Assembly (NCBI GenBank): GCA_030390025.1
Contig: CM059433.1
Coordinates: 8,682,001-8,746,000 of the forward strand
Length of the DNA: 64,000 bases
Direction of reading: 5' to 3'
Origin: Squalus acanthias
Taxonomy: Eukaryota
How positions within the stretch are numbered: the first letter of the stretch is position 1; every line of letters begins with the position of its first letter. The notes below the pieces were generated by a model, which ran no database searches, had not been told where the DNA came from, and saw nothing but the letters and a program-made list of their open reading frames with translations. Below, one piece after another: positions 24,503 to 37,360 of the stretch. Position numbers and translations under genes: made by a program.

Positions 24503-25720
24503 CAGGCCGCGGTTTTGCCGACCGAGGCGGGCTAGGTGCGGCCGAGGTAGATGCCGGACAGCGACCCCGGCTGTGTGAGAAGAATTTTCCATTGATTGGG
24601 CTGGTTAAGCCCGCCCTGCGAGGTTTCCGGCCAATTAAAAGGATGCGGGTCTGATGACGTCATCAGCCCGTTTCCTTAAAGGGGCCATGTCCAAATTGAT
24701 TTTGACATTTGCGCTGTCAGTGTTCTACAGCATTGAGGTGCTGCAAACACTGACAAGCACTGCACAGAGGTGCACGGCTGCAACCAAGGTCTCCCATGAC
24801 ACCCTCCATACAGCACGCAGGGAGGTTCTCTTCCCTTCCAATGGGCGGAAGACGCCTCCCCAGGAGACCAACGCAGCCTGGTTGCACATTGCACAGGAGG
24901 GCACAAGCAGGGATGTCGTCGGGAGGACCAGGCTGCAGTGGCGCGAACCTTTCAATGATCTGAGCAGATCACGAAGCGTTACTGCCAAGCCACACTCAAC
25001 CTCATCCTGCAGTGCCACTCATCACATCCCCATCACTCTGCCTTCCCTACCCTATTCCTGTACATCCTTACTCACACCAACTTACCTTGCACCTCCACCC
25101 ATCCCTCTCTATCTACATTACCACTTCCCCATCTCACTAGCCACCTCTCACACTCACCCTCATCCTACTGCAAGCATACCAACTAACAACACACAAGGGT
25201 AGGCACCTGGGTGGTTTAGCCAATGTTCATGTGAAGCTTCTGTTAATGTGTTGTCAAACATTGAAATCTATATTTTCAACACTTTACCTTATTGGACAGA
25301 TCTGTGCTCACCTTTGGAAGTGTCTTAGTGAGTTGCAGTGAATGTTGAGACATAACTCTCCCGCACAAGGGTAGGCACTTGGGGGTTTTAGCCAATGTTC
25401 ATGTGAAGTTTCTGGTAATGTGCTGTCAAACATTAAAATCTTTATTTTCAACACTTTGTGTTCTTGGACAGATTTGTGTGCACCTTTGGAAATGGCTGAG
25501 TGAGTTGCAGTGAATGGTGAGACATAACGTTTCCCCCCCCACCCCCCCCGCAATGGTGATGAGGGTGAAAGTAATGGCTTGAGCATTGTAGGGATGCTTT
25601 ATGGTGTTGGTGTGGGCTGGTGTCAACCTGGCGCATCATGTGGCAGCCAGGGTTTACAGCATCAAGTGAAGTAAATCTGGCCATGGTGATGTCATCGCTG
25701 GCCTCCCGGGCAGCAAGTGG
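24503..25720 (+). mobile_element. Harbinger element fragment with Myb/SANT-like ORF (24654-24975)
   Basis: RREVLFPSNGRK..AAWLHIAQE..RTRLQWREPFNDLSR is typical of Harbinger Myb/SANT proteins; CpG-rich left end starting GGCCGCGGTTTT. Confidence 0.75.
25192..25528. repeat. Diverged tandem duplication, 172-bp period
   Basis: CACAAGGGTAGGCAC..GAGACATAAC at 25192-25356 and again at 25364-25528. Confidence 0.9.
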
Positions 25721-25723
25721 GGA

Positions 25724-26080
25724 AAAAAAGACTTACAATTATATAGCGCCTATTCACGACCACCAGACGTCTCAAAGCGCTTTACAGCCAATGAAGTACT
25801 TTTTTTGGAGTGTAGCCACAGTTGTAATGTGGGAAACGCAGCAGCCAATTTGCGCACAGCAAGCCCCCACAAACAGCAATGTGATGATGACCAGATAATC
25901 TGTTTTTGTTATGTTGGTTGAGGGATAAATATTGGCCAGGACACCGGGGAGAACTCCCCTGCTCTTCTTCGAAATAGTGGCCATGGGGATCTTTTACGTC
26001 CACCTGAGAGAGCAGACGGGGGCCTCGGTTTAACATCTCATCCGAAAGACGGCACCTCCGACAGTGCAGCACTCCCTCAG
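25724..26080 (-). mobile_element. DeuSINE, 5'-truncated
   Basis: Core and tail present, tRNA head missing. Confidence 0.88.
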
Positions 26081-26867
26081 TACAACAATCAGCTAATTTA
26101 AACAATACCTGTAAACACACATTTTGTGGCATATAATGCCAGGCTCTCAACATTTTGAAAATGGTTAAAAAAAAAACAACATTTGGAAATACTGCGAATG
26201 TTGTAGCTTTTTCCTGGCCAACTTCACATGAGAAGTACTTTGTTTCTGCGACAAATGAACCTCTGCCGGTGCTTGCCTCTCCTTCTCCGCGTCCTCCCTC
26301 CCTCGCAGGTTTACCTTATTCTTCTTTAGTGAATACTTCGAGAAAACATTCGTTTCGTATTTCAATGGCTCGCTCACTTCACTGCCACTTTTATCTGTTA
26401 GAGTTCTAACTACCTCTTTAACTGTTCTGATGCTGAATGAACTTTCAGTATTTATGCTTAACATCTTTAGCTAGGCTCATCTCCAGGGCCCCCTTTACGC
26501 TTCTAAATGTCCCTTTGAAACTATACTAGCACCTTCCAGAAACCCCACCCTCCATTGGCCACCAGGCTTTATATAGTTTGATTTTCTTCCTTTTTTTAAA
26601 ATTCCCATTTTGATGGATTCATTCATCCATTTTGGGAGACTTATTTTGAACTTACACCGATGATCTGGCTACTGAAACTAACGTTAGGTAAGGTTGTCAA
26701 AGATGAATACAGTAGAGTCGGAGGATGCAGCCTAGACTTTGCGAATGGACTTCGATCGGTTTTGCTGTTGAACAGATGAATGATAAATATGTTCTTACAT
26801 GATTAGAAAGTCTTATATGTAACACTCGCTGTAAATTAAAGTTGTTGCACGTGCTTGAACTGCTGTT

Positions 26868-27172
26868 ACATAAAAACATAAGAAATAGGAGCAGGAGTCG
26901 GCCATTTGGCCCTCGAGCCTGCTCCGCCACTCAATAAGATCATGGTTGATCTTCTACCTCATCTCCACTTTCCTGCACTATCCCCATATCCCTTAATTCC
27001 CTTAATATCCAAAATTCTATTGATCTCTGTCTTGAATATACTCAACGACTGAGCCTCCACAGCCTTCTGTGGTAGAGAATTCCAAAGATTCACCACCCTC
27101 TGAGTGAAGAAATTCTCCTCATCTCAGTCCTAAATGGCCGACCCCCTTATTCTGAGACTGTGACCCCTGTTC
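26868..27172 (-). mobile_element. CR1/HER1-like LINE 3' end
   Basis: Matches 57135-57445. Confidence 0.9.
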
Positions 27173-27571
27173 GAATTGCTCTTTCATGCAGCAGTCATTC
27201 CTCCTCCTAGACTTTTTCTATATTTGTTTGCGTTTTGCTTGATGGCCGTATCAATGGACACCAGCATGACATGGCCGGCCATAGGCTGCAGCTGATCAAT
27301 ATGGTTGCAGTTGTTGAATAGGGACAGCACATATTGAGAGCATGCTGTCGTATAGCTGGGGTATCCTGGGGCTAATAGTGTAAAACACCTGATATTGGCT
27401 CAGGCCACCAGTTAAACGCCTCTCCTGATTGACTTCAATGTCCATTTTACGGTATCATCTGAAGTCAAAATTAACACCCCCCACCCCCACTATTTTTAAC
27501 AGGTACATTGAATCCCTCAGCTCATAAAAATAGCAGCTGCAATTTTTTAGTCTGATGCCAACAAGAAAATA

Positions 27572-27705
27572 TTGACGAAAGGTCTTCGATCTGAAGCGTT
27601 GACTCTGTTTCTCTCTCCACGGATGCTGCCTGGCCTGCTGAGTTTTTCCAGCGTTTTCTGTTGTTATTTCGGATTTCCAGCATCCGCAGTATTTTGCTAT
27701 CGTAT
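27572..27705 (+). mobile_element. Penelope-like family B solo terminal repeat
   Basis: Matches 20810-20906 plus the element end; flanking duplication AAGAAAATA at 27563-27571 and 27706-27714; damaged hammerhead core. Confidence 0.8.
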
Positions 27706-27889
27706 AAGAAAATACTGAGGCTGGAAACAACAACTTGCACACCTCCTTCGACATCATAAAATGCTGCACGTAGGAGAAAGCAGGCAGTGCGCAGTAGAAG
27801 AAGAAGAATGTGAAGGCGGAGAAGGAAGTAGCAGAGTATAGAAGTTAGGTAAGGAATTCCAGAGAGTATTCCCAAGACAGCTAAAGGCT

Positions 27890-28595
27890 CTGACATTGAA
27901 TGAGGACTGGTAGGAGTTGGAGATACCTAGGAGGCCAAGGTCAGAGGACGATAGGACACTGGGTGGGATCTAGGACTGGAGTCGGTTGCAGAGGTAGCAG
28001 GGTTGAAGCTATAGAGCGATTGTAAACAAGAACAAGGATTTTTGAATTCAACATGTTAGGGGGCCGGGAGCCACTGGAGGTCTATGAGAACAAGAGTGTT
28101 GCATAATCAGAACCCAGTGAGCGACAGAATTTGAACAGTGGAGTTTTGGATGAGTTGGAGGTTGTGTTGAGTGAAGTTAGAGACTGGGGTGTGGGTGGTG
28201 GAGAAGTAGGGTCTTGTGGTAATGAAAACACCGACAAGGGTTTCAGTGACGGTGCGAGTGAGGTAAAGGGAGAGGTGCACAATGCTGCTGAGGTAGAAGT
28301 AAGCGGTCTTAGTCATGGATAGGAGATGGGGCTTAAAACTCAGCTCATGGTTGATTGGAACGCCACCTGGTTCTGTCTGAGCAAGCAAGCTATTGAGGGG
28401 GATGGAGTCGGAGGCAAAGGGATGGCGTTTTTGGTGAATTAATTTTGGTACGGTTTTGGCTTTGGTTTTCTCAATGTTCATTGGGAGAAATTTCTGGCTC
28501 TTCCACAATTTTATTTCAGATAGGCCGTCTGGCATCAGAGGTGGCCATGAAATCAAGGGTTGCAGTGGAGAAGAAAATGTGGCTTGTCATCAGCG
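27890..28595 (-). mobile_element. Old L2 LINE ORF2 fragment
   Basis: FLPMNIEKTKA..ELSFKPHLLSMTKTAYFYL is homologous to 58920-59400. Confidence 0.75.
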
Positions 28596-29342
28596 TCCCG
28601 CGCCAATGCCTAATGCCTCCGAGTGACAACATCGTTCAAGACGTGAGGTCTGCAGGTCTGCTCACCAAGTCGCAGTGCGCAAAGCAAAATGGAGGCTCTG
28701 CTGGTGGCTGACACCTGCCTCGCTCTAATATGGCCGTTATATTCGTTAAATCCCGTGCCACATTTCGCATTCTTCAGGTGAGCTCCAGCCCCGGCACACA
28801 CCTCACCGATGAAAATGGGCACACGACTAATCCAATGGCCTGGCCTGCTGTAGAGGTATTCCTACAGCTGGGTTTCTGTCGTAAATGTTCGCACTAAAAT
28901 TGTGGAGCTACATTTTCATCGCCAGCCCTCCCAGCTTTCTGTATCCAAAAAACCCGATACGCATTCCCGGCATTGGCGTGCCAACAACAACAAAAAAATG
29001 TATTTTTCCCCCAAGAAGCATCGATGTTCTGTCGCATTCTGCTGCCTGCTTTAGTTTCTCTTTCTGTGGAGGGCGTCGTTTCTGTATAAGGGCTTTATTC
29101 TTTACGCAAGACTTTGCCCCAGTATCGTTGTCTGCTATTGCAATTGACGTTGCAGCACACAAAGTGCTGGGAATTCCCTCGGAGCAGTTCTCATTGTACG
29201 GCAAGACTTTTAAATAATGAAGGTGAATTCCCGAGGTGACACCGAATGCGGGTGCGCTGGCAACGGAGGCGTTATTTCCACACTTGTTAGTAACCCAGGA
29301 TTGGCATCTATGGAGCCTGACACTGCTACCCGGGGATGGCCG

Positions 29343-30015
29343 AGCAGTTAGGAAGGCCAATGGTATGTTGGCCTTCATTGCAAGAGGATTTGAGTACAGG
29401 AGCAAGGATGTCTTACTACAGTTGTACAGGGCCTTGGTGAGACCACACCTGGAGTACTGTGTGCAGTTTTGGTCTCCTTACCTAAGAAAGGATATACTTG
29501 CCGTAGAGGGAGTGCAGCGAAGGTTCACCAGACTGATTCCTGGGATGGCAGGACTGTCGTATGAGGAGAGATTGGGTCGACTAGGCCTGTATTCACTGGA
29601 GTTTAGAAGAATGAGAGGGGATCTCATTAAAACGTATAAAATTCTGACAGGGCTAGACAGACTGATGCAGGGAGGATGTTTCCCCTGGCTGGGGAGCTCT
29701 AGAACGAGGGGTCACAGTCTCAGGATACGGGGGTAGGACATTTAGGACTGAGATGAGGAGAAATTTCTTCACTCAGAGGGTGGTGAACCTGTGGAATTCT
29801 CTGCCACAGAAGGCTGTGGAGGCCAAGTCACTGAATATATTTAAGAAGGAGATAGATAGATTTCTAGACACAAAAGGCATCAAGGGGTATGGGGAGAGAG
29901 CGGGAATATGGTATTGAGATAGAGGATCAGCCATGATCATATTGAATGGCGGAGCAGGCTCGAAGGGCCGAATGGCCTACACCTGCTCCTATTTTTCTAT
30001 GTTTCTATGTTTCTA
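29343..30015 (+). mobile_element. CR1/HER1-like LINE 3' fragment
   Basis: KANGMLAFIARG..YRALVRPHLEYCVQFWSP; (TTTCTATG)n tail. Confidence 0.92.
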
Positions 30016-30273
30016 AGATGTCTTCTCTTCACCACCTCGATTTTATGTAAGCCTGCAATGTGGCTAGGGCAGACAAGTTGGAATTTGAGGGAATTTTGAG
30101 AGACGATATCATCCCGTCTCTTTTAGTGACATCTGCACGCAAAGCGGCGGGGGCAAAATGCGCCCACTCCCGGCGGAAATATCCCTGGGCAGATAAAGGG
30201 GCGGACACCTGATGTAACTAGGTCCCTCCTCAAATTCTGCCCCCACCCAGCTGCCCGCCCAGATAATGACGCC

Positions 30274-30558
30274 AAGGGGCATAACTATAAGGTGCATGGG
30301 GGGAGATATAGAAGGGATGTCCGAGGTAGATTCTTTACTCAGAGAGTGGTTGGGGTGTGGAATGGACTGCCTGCTGTGATAGTGGAGTCGGACACTTTAG
30401 GAACTTTCAAGCGGTTATTGGATAAGCACATGGAGCACACCAGAGTGATAGGGAGTGTGATAGCTTGATCTTGGTCTCGGACAATGCTCGGCACAACATC
30501 GAGGGCCGAAGGGCCTGTACTGTGCTGTACTGTTCTATGTTCTATGTTCTATGTTCTA
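30274..30558 (+). mobile_element. CR1 3' end of a different subfamily
   Basis: TTCTTTACTCAGAGAGTGGTTGGGGTGTGGAATGG (FFTQRVVGVWN); (TGTTCTA)n tail. Confidence 0.85.
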
Positions 30559-30794
30559 ATACATTCCCAAGGGCTCAGAAAGGTCAACCCTCACACTTTT
30601 TAAGTTCCAGAGTCTTTTCTCGTTTAGTACCGACTGATCTTATTAATAAACAGTACAGGCAAGACAGTAATGAGAGACAGAAATTTAAGATAACCACCAA
30701 AAGAATTAAGGAGAAGTTAGTAACAATGTCTTTATACAGAGAGAGGTGAGAATGCGGAACTCTCTGCCACAACCCATTGTAGCAGCAGATTCAT

Positions 30795-32501
30795 GGGGGG
30801 TCATTTAAACTCCCCAGGGCGTTGGAGGTGGGGGAGGTTCAAATATTTTTAGGAGGCTGTGTGACTCCATTGTATCATTTATTTTATTTTTAACACCTGC
30901 AGGGTGAGGTGAAGTGCCGGTTGGAACAGGCAAGTTCCTTTACTGCACTGCTTGTGGCCAGGAGGAGCCCTCAACTCCACAGGTTTACTTTCCTCAAGGC
31001 TCAACAAGCTAACCTGTAAACCTCCCAGCCACCCTGTGATCTGACCGGCACCCTCCGCGACCTGACCCTCCGCGACCTGACCCTCCGCGATCTGACCCCT
31101 CGCGATCTGATATCCCCGCGAATGGACCCCCTTCGAACTGACCCCCTTCGTTCTGACACCCGCCACAATCTGTCCCCCTCCGCGATCTCACCCTCCGCGA
31201 TCTGTCACTCTCCGCGATCTGTCACTCTCCGCGATCTCTCACCCTCCGCGATCTCTCACCCTCCGCGATCTCTCACCCTCCGCGATCTCACCCTCCGCGA
31301 TCTCACCCTCCGCGATCTGTCACTCTCCGCGATCCCACCCTCCGCAATCTGACACCCTCCGCAATCTCACCCTCCGCGATCTCACCCTCCGCGATCTCAC
31401 CCTCCGCGATCTCACCCTCTGCGATCTGTCACTCTCCGCGATCTCACCCTCCGCGATCTGACACCCTCCGCGATCTCTCACTCTCCGCGATCTCACCCTC
31501 CGCGATCTCACCCTCCGCGATCTCTCACCCTCCGCGACCTCACCCTCCACGATCTGTCACTCTCCACGATCTGTCACTCTCCGCGATCTCACCCTCCGCG
31601 ATCTCACCCTCCGCGATCTCACCCTCCGCGATCTCACCCTCCGCGATCTGTCACTCTCCGTGATCTGTCACTCTCCGCGATCTGTCACTCTCCGCGATCT
31701 GTCACTCTCCGCGATCTCACCCTCCGCGATCTCACCCTCCGCGATCTGTCACTCTCCGCGATCTGTCACCCTCCGCGATCTCACCCTCCGCGATCTCTCA
31801 CCCTCCGCGATCTCTCACCCTCCGCGATCTCTCACCCTCCGCGATCTCTCACCCTCCGCGATCTGTCACTCTCCGCGATCTCTCACCCTCCGCGATTTCT
31901 CACCCTCCGCGATCTCACCCTCCGCGATCTGTCGCTCTCCGCGATCTCACCCTCCGCGATCTCTCACCCTCCGCGATCTCTCACCCTCCGCGATCTCTCA
32001 CCCTCCGCGATCTCTCACCCTCCGCGATCTCTCACCCTCCGCGATCTGTCACTCTCCGCGATCTGTCACTCTCAGCGATCTCTCACCCTCCGCGATCTGT
32101 CGCCCTCCGCGATCTCACCCTCCGCGATCTCACCCTCCGCGATCTGTCGCTCTCCGCGATCTCTCACCCTCCGCGATCTCACCCTCCGCGATCTCTCACC
32201 CTCCGCGATCTCTCACCCTCCGCGATCTCTCACCCTCCGCGATCTCACCCTCCGCGCTCTGTAGCTCTCCGCGATCTAACATCGCCGCCCGATGACTGAA
32301 CCCCTCGCCAGTGCCAGATCCTTGGCTGCGGTCTGGAGCCTTCAATCCGGCTGGTTGCGGCCGGGAAGCAGTTAATCTTTTTTTAAAATCAGGACCTGCC
32401 TTTAAATTCGGCAGGACCTCCGGGAAACTCGTACTTCCGGGTTTCCCGGCCACTTCACCTTATCTCCACACCCTTCCCGCCTACCTGTTATTATCAGGAC
32501 C
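30795..32501. mobile_element. Harbinger-type MITE inflated by a minisatellite, inserted in an old CR1
   Basis: The old CR1 reads through from 30794 to 32505 with CAT duplicated. The right arm resembles the reverse complement of 62371-62500. Confidence 0.6.
31030..32280. repeat. CpG-rich minisatellite of 14/16-bp units CCCTCCGCGATCT(CT/GT)CA
   Basis: Direct reading; dozens of variant units. Confidence 0.97.
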
Positions 32502-33601
32502 CATAGGTCCTTTGAAAGGGGAATTAGACAGCTGCTTGAAAGAGAATATTAAAGAGTATGGAAAGCGAGCAGGAGAGTGACATCAGACTCGGTAGCTCAG
32601 ATGGAGAAAAACAGCATCAGGCACTTGAAGGGCTGAATGGCCTGTTTCTGTGCTGTAACATTCAAAGCTGACAAAAAGACTAAACTTATCAAAATATCAG
32701 CAAATAATTTGGATACCACACACACTTTGTTCCAGAGGCCTTGCTCGTACATGCTTGTCTTTAATCTCATCACCTCACCTGTTAACAAGATCAATTAACT
32801 CTAAGTAGCTAATTAAGGTGCATTGGGAACATTCCCAACTATTCATGTGACGATAGCGAGGAATAAACAGCCACGCAATTAACGTGGCAATCGAGCTGAA
32901 GGATAGACCAGTTGACTCTGGACTGCTTTGATTTTAGAAAGTTGTGTGGCGTGAGATTTTCTTTGACAGGTTGTTGGTGTGTGAAGCCGGCGTGCCATTT
33001 TTATTGGCAGAGTGTTGCCTGCGACAGGTGATCACCCTTGGGTTTATTGTTCATTCCTTGCTGAACAAGCTCTCGCTGCTGGAACCAAGTGCGAGCCCGC
33101 CTTCGGGGGAGCCTGTCAAGAGTCCAGTGAGAAAAAGCGTTTCATTTCCGTGCCACCAGGAGCAGGAAACTGAGCTGCGACTAAACTATGCAAAAAGACA
33201 AAGCTCAACCAAAATTCAATCTAATTTGTTACCAGATCAGAGTTGAAAGTGGGTCAATAGGTTAAAAAAAAAGGCATTGAACCTAAGGTTGCTTGCTCTA
33301 CAACGACAAGTCTAAAAGAAATTTGACATTGTGCGGAGGGAACGTAAAGAGGCAAGCACAATTCTGGTGCAAGCTTTAACATAGCCTAACGGTTACCATG
33401 GAGATGATGGTTTCTTGAGCTGACAGTGGAATTTGAATCTAACATGGTCATTGCAATACCTTTTGTGGAGGGGGGGGATGCTATTTATTCTCTGTTATGG
33501 CAACAACATATATTGTGACAGATGTATTGTGTCCTGATTTGTGATGTGACACTCAGGCCAGGGTGAGGGCGGTACTGACGTGGCACCTGAGATACAGCCA
33601 C

Positions 33602-34006
33602 TCTTCTTCTCTTAGGCAGTCCCTCGGAACCGAGGATGACTTGCTTCCACATTAAAAATGAGCTCTCAGGTGACTGATGAGTCCAATGCGGGACCTACAG
33701 TCTCTGTCACAGGTGGGGCAGACGGTGGTTGAAGGGGTGGGTGGGTGGGGTGCTTGGGTTGACATGCGCTCCTTCCGCTGTTTGCGCTTGGCTTCCGCTT
33801 GCTCCCAGTGAAGAGACTCGAGGTGTTCGGCGTCTTCCCCGGATGCTTCTCCTCCACTTTGTACGGTCTTGGGCCAGGGATTCCCAGGTGTCGGTGGGGA
33901 TGTTACACTTTTTCAAGGAGGCTTTGAGGGTGTCCTTGAAGTGTTTCCTCTGCCCACCTGGGGCTCTCTTGCCGTGCCGGAGCTCCGAGTAGAGCGCTTG
34001 TTTTGG
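33602..34006 (-). mobile_element. RTE-type LINE 3' fragment
   Basis: PKQALYSELRHGKRAPGGQRKHFKDTLKASLK; GAA-rich tail. Confidence 0.9.
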
Positions 34007-34124
34007 TATTTCATTTAGCAGTTCTGGGTGTATCACTATGACCACAATGGTGCAAAATACTGCACAAAGAAGCAGAGCACATGTGACAGATAGCCATAAG
34101 CAATCATGTAAAAAAGATAATGAG

Positions 34125-36915
34125 GACACACTCAAATAAAGATAGTATTAGATCAAAGGAAGAGGCTTATAATGTTGCCAAAAAGAGCAGTAAGCCTGAG
34201 GATTGGGAGGATTTTAGAATTCAGCAATGGAGGACCAAGAAATTGATAAAGAAAGGGAAAATAGAATATGAAAGTAAACTAGCGAGAGACATAAAAACAG
34301 ATTGTAAAAGCTTCTATAGGTATGTAAAAAGGAAAAGATTAGCGAAGGTAGGTGTGGGTCCCTTACAGGCTGAGATAGGAGAAATTATAATGGGGAATAA
34401 GGAAATGGCAGAGAAATTAAACAAATACTATGGGCTAGATTTTCAATGACCCGTGGAGTCGGGTTTAGAGGCGTGTGGGGGGTTAAAGTTGCAGATTCGG
34501 GGGCCCCGTCCCCATCCCGACTCCAACACGCCTCCACGCAATTTTGACAAAATCGGTCGCGGGGTTCCCGACTCCGTCCCGCCTCCGAGAGGCGGGAGAG
34601 GCCATTAAAGCCCTTAAGAAGCCCTAAATTGGCTCTGTAATGCCATTTTGAAACGTTTTAGCTAGTTTAACCCTTTTCCGACGTGAAGTACGCCTGATGT
34701 GAAACACGCCAGTGAAACCTGGCGGGAGCACAAGTGGATAGCTGACTATCAGCTGCAGGTCCACTATTACAACGGAGATGTGATGAAGGTAGTAGTAGTA
34801 TTCTGATGAAGGTAGTAGTAGTATTAGGTCTGAAAGTCGCCTCTGATGCTGCTGCATTGAATGTCTTCAGAGACTGCCTGGGAGGACTTGGTTGCAAAAA
34901 AAAATCTCTCTCTCTCTCTCTCTCTCAGATGCTGCTCATTTTGCATCCAGGTCCTCTCACAGCAAAGGCCAGGCAATCTCTGAGACCAGGCAGTCAGTCT
35001 CTGACCTGCAATGATGACATCATCAGAGGCGACTTTCAGACTGAAACCACTAATTGGTTCATGGGTTCCCACATGCTGCAACTCAATTGCCCAATTAAGT
35101 GAAAATTGCATCAATCTCCCACATCCAATTGCAGGCGGGTGGATAACACGAAATGCGGATGACACGACCCCAACCCGCCCCAGTATCAAAATCCAGCCCT
35201 TTGTGTCTGTCTTTACAGAAGAAGAGGCAAAAAACTTCCCAGAAGTAGTGGAGAACCAAGGGTCTAGCGAGAATGAGGAACTGAAAGAAATTAGTAATAG
35301 TAAAGAAATAGTACTAGAGAAATTAATGGGACTGAAAGCTGATAAATCCCCTGGACCTGATGGCCTACATCCTAGGGTTTTGAAAGAGGTGGCTATAGAG
35401 ATAGTGGATGCATTGGTTGTCATTTTCCAAAATTTCATAGATTCTAGAACGGTTCCCGCGGATTGGAAGGTAGCAAATGTAACCCCACTATTTAAGAAAG
35501 GAAGGAGAGAGAAAACGGGGAACTACAAACCAGTTAGCCTGACATCAGTAGTAGGGAAAATGCTAGAATCTATTATTAAGGACGTGGAAACAGGGCACTT
35601 AGAAATTAATAATAGAATTGGGCAGAGTCAACACGGATTTATGAAAGGGAAATCGTGTTTGACAAATCTGTTGGAGTTTTTTGAGGCTTGTAACTGGCAG
35701 TGGATCCAGTGGATGTGGTGTATTTGGATTTTCAGAAGGCATTCGATAAGGTGCCACACAAGAGGTTATTAAACAAAATTAGGGCTCATGGGATTGGGGG
35801 TAATATAGTAGTATGGATTGAGGATTGGTTAACAGACAGAGAACAGAGAGTAGGAATAAACGGGTCATTTTCAGTTTGGCAGGCTGTAACTAGTGGGGTA
35901 CCGCAAGGATCAGTGCTTGGGCCTCAGCTATTCACAATCTACATCAATGATTTGGATGAGGGGACCAAATGTAATATATTCAAGTTTGCTGATGATACAA
36001 AGCTGGGTGGGAATGTAAGTTGTGAGGAGGATGCAAGGAGGCTTCAAGGGGATATAGACAGGCTAAGTGAGTGGGCAAGAACATGGCAAATGGAATATAA
36101 TGTGGAGAAATGTGAAGTTATCCACTTTGGTAGGAAAAATAGAAAAGCAGAGTATTTTTAAATGGTGAGAGATTGGGAAATGTTGGTGTTCAGAGGGACC
36201 TGGGTGTCCTTGTACACAAATCACTGAAAGTTAACATGCAGGTACAGCAAGCAATTAGGAAAGCAAATGGTATGTTGGCCTTTATTACAAGAGGATTTGA
36301 GTATAAGAGTAAAGACATCTTACTGCAATTATATAGAGCCCTGGTGAGACCACATCTGGAATATTGTGTACAATTTTGGTCACCTTACCTAAGGAAGGAT
36401 ATACTTGCCATAGAGGGAGTGCAACAAAGGTTCACCAGACTGATCCCTGGGATGGGGGGGATTGTCCTATGAGGAGAGATTGAGTAGACTAGGCCTATAT
36501 TCTCTAGAGTTTAGAAGAATGAGAGCTGATCTCATTGAAACATACAAAATTCTTACAGGGCTTGACAGGGTAGATGCAGGGAGGATGTTTCCCCTGGCTG
36601 AGGAGTCTAGAACCAAGGGTCGCAGTCTCAGAATAAGGGGTCGGCCATTTAGGACTGAGATGAGGAGAAATTTCTTCACTCAGAGGGTGGTGAATCTTTG
36701 GAATTCTCTACCCCAGAGGGCTGTGGAGGCTCAGTCGTTGAGTATATTCAAGGCAGAGATTGATAGATTTTTGAATATTAAGGGGATCAAGGGATATGTG
36801 GATAGTGCAGGATAGTGGAGTTGAGGTAGAAGATCAGCCATGATCTTATTGAATGGCAGAGCAGGCTCGAGGGGCCGAATGGCCGACTCCTGCTCCTATT
36901 TCTTATCTTCTTATG
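34125..36915 (+). mobile_element. CR1/HER1-like LINE, long ORF2 fragment including reverse transcriptase, frameshifted
   Basis: KSPGPDGLHPRVLKE, YLDFQKAFDKVPH, GVPQGSVLGP, FADDTK and RPHLEYCVQFW; interrupted by a MITE at 34432-35199. Confidence 0.95.
34432..35199. mobile_element. Harbinger-type MITE nested in CR1 ORF2
   Basis: TIR GGGCTAGATTTT / AAAATCCAGCCC; splits AEKLNKY|FVSVFTEE; 3-bp flanks TAT/TTT. Confidence 0.88.
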
Positions 36916-36969
36916 TAAGTTCGATGGCGCCGTGCATGTTTTCCAGGCGCAAATCAAGCACTTAAGCAT

Positions 36970-37360
36970 CTCCCTCTCCCGATCACTGCCCCTCCCCCTC
37001 CCTCTCCCGATCACTGCCCCTCCCCCTCCCCCTCCTGATCACTGCCCCTCCCCCTCCCTCTCCCGATCACTGCCCCTCCCCCTCCTGATCACTGCCCCGC
37101 CCCCTCCCTCTCCCGATCACTGCCCCTCCCCCTCCCTCTCCCGATCACTGCCCCTCCCCCTCCTGATCACTGCCCCGCCCCCTCCCTCTCCCGATCACTG
37201 CCCCTCCCCCTCCCTCTCCCGATCACTGCCCCTCCCCCTCCTGATCACTGCCCCGCCCCCTCCCTCTCCCGATCACTGCCCCTCCCCCTTCCTCTCCTGA
37301 TCACTGCCCCTCCCCCTCCTGATCACTGCCCTCTCGTTCTCCCGATCGCTGCCTCCCTCC
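36970..37360. repeat. C-rich minisatellite (CCGATCACTGCCCCTCCCCCT core) with higher-order periodicity
   Basis: Direct reading; units of about 22-27 bp repeated in blocks of about 78 bp. Confidence 0.95.

Noticed and set aside
31030..32295. CRISPR-like array or 211-aa repetitive ORF
   Set aside because: No unique spacers; the ORF is only the minisatellite translation.
36932..37300. Proline-rich ORF
   Set aside because: Translation of a C-rich minisatellite.
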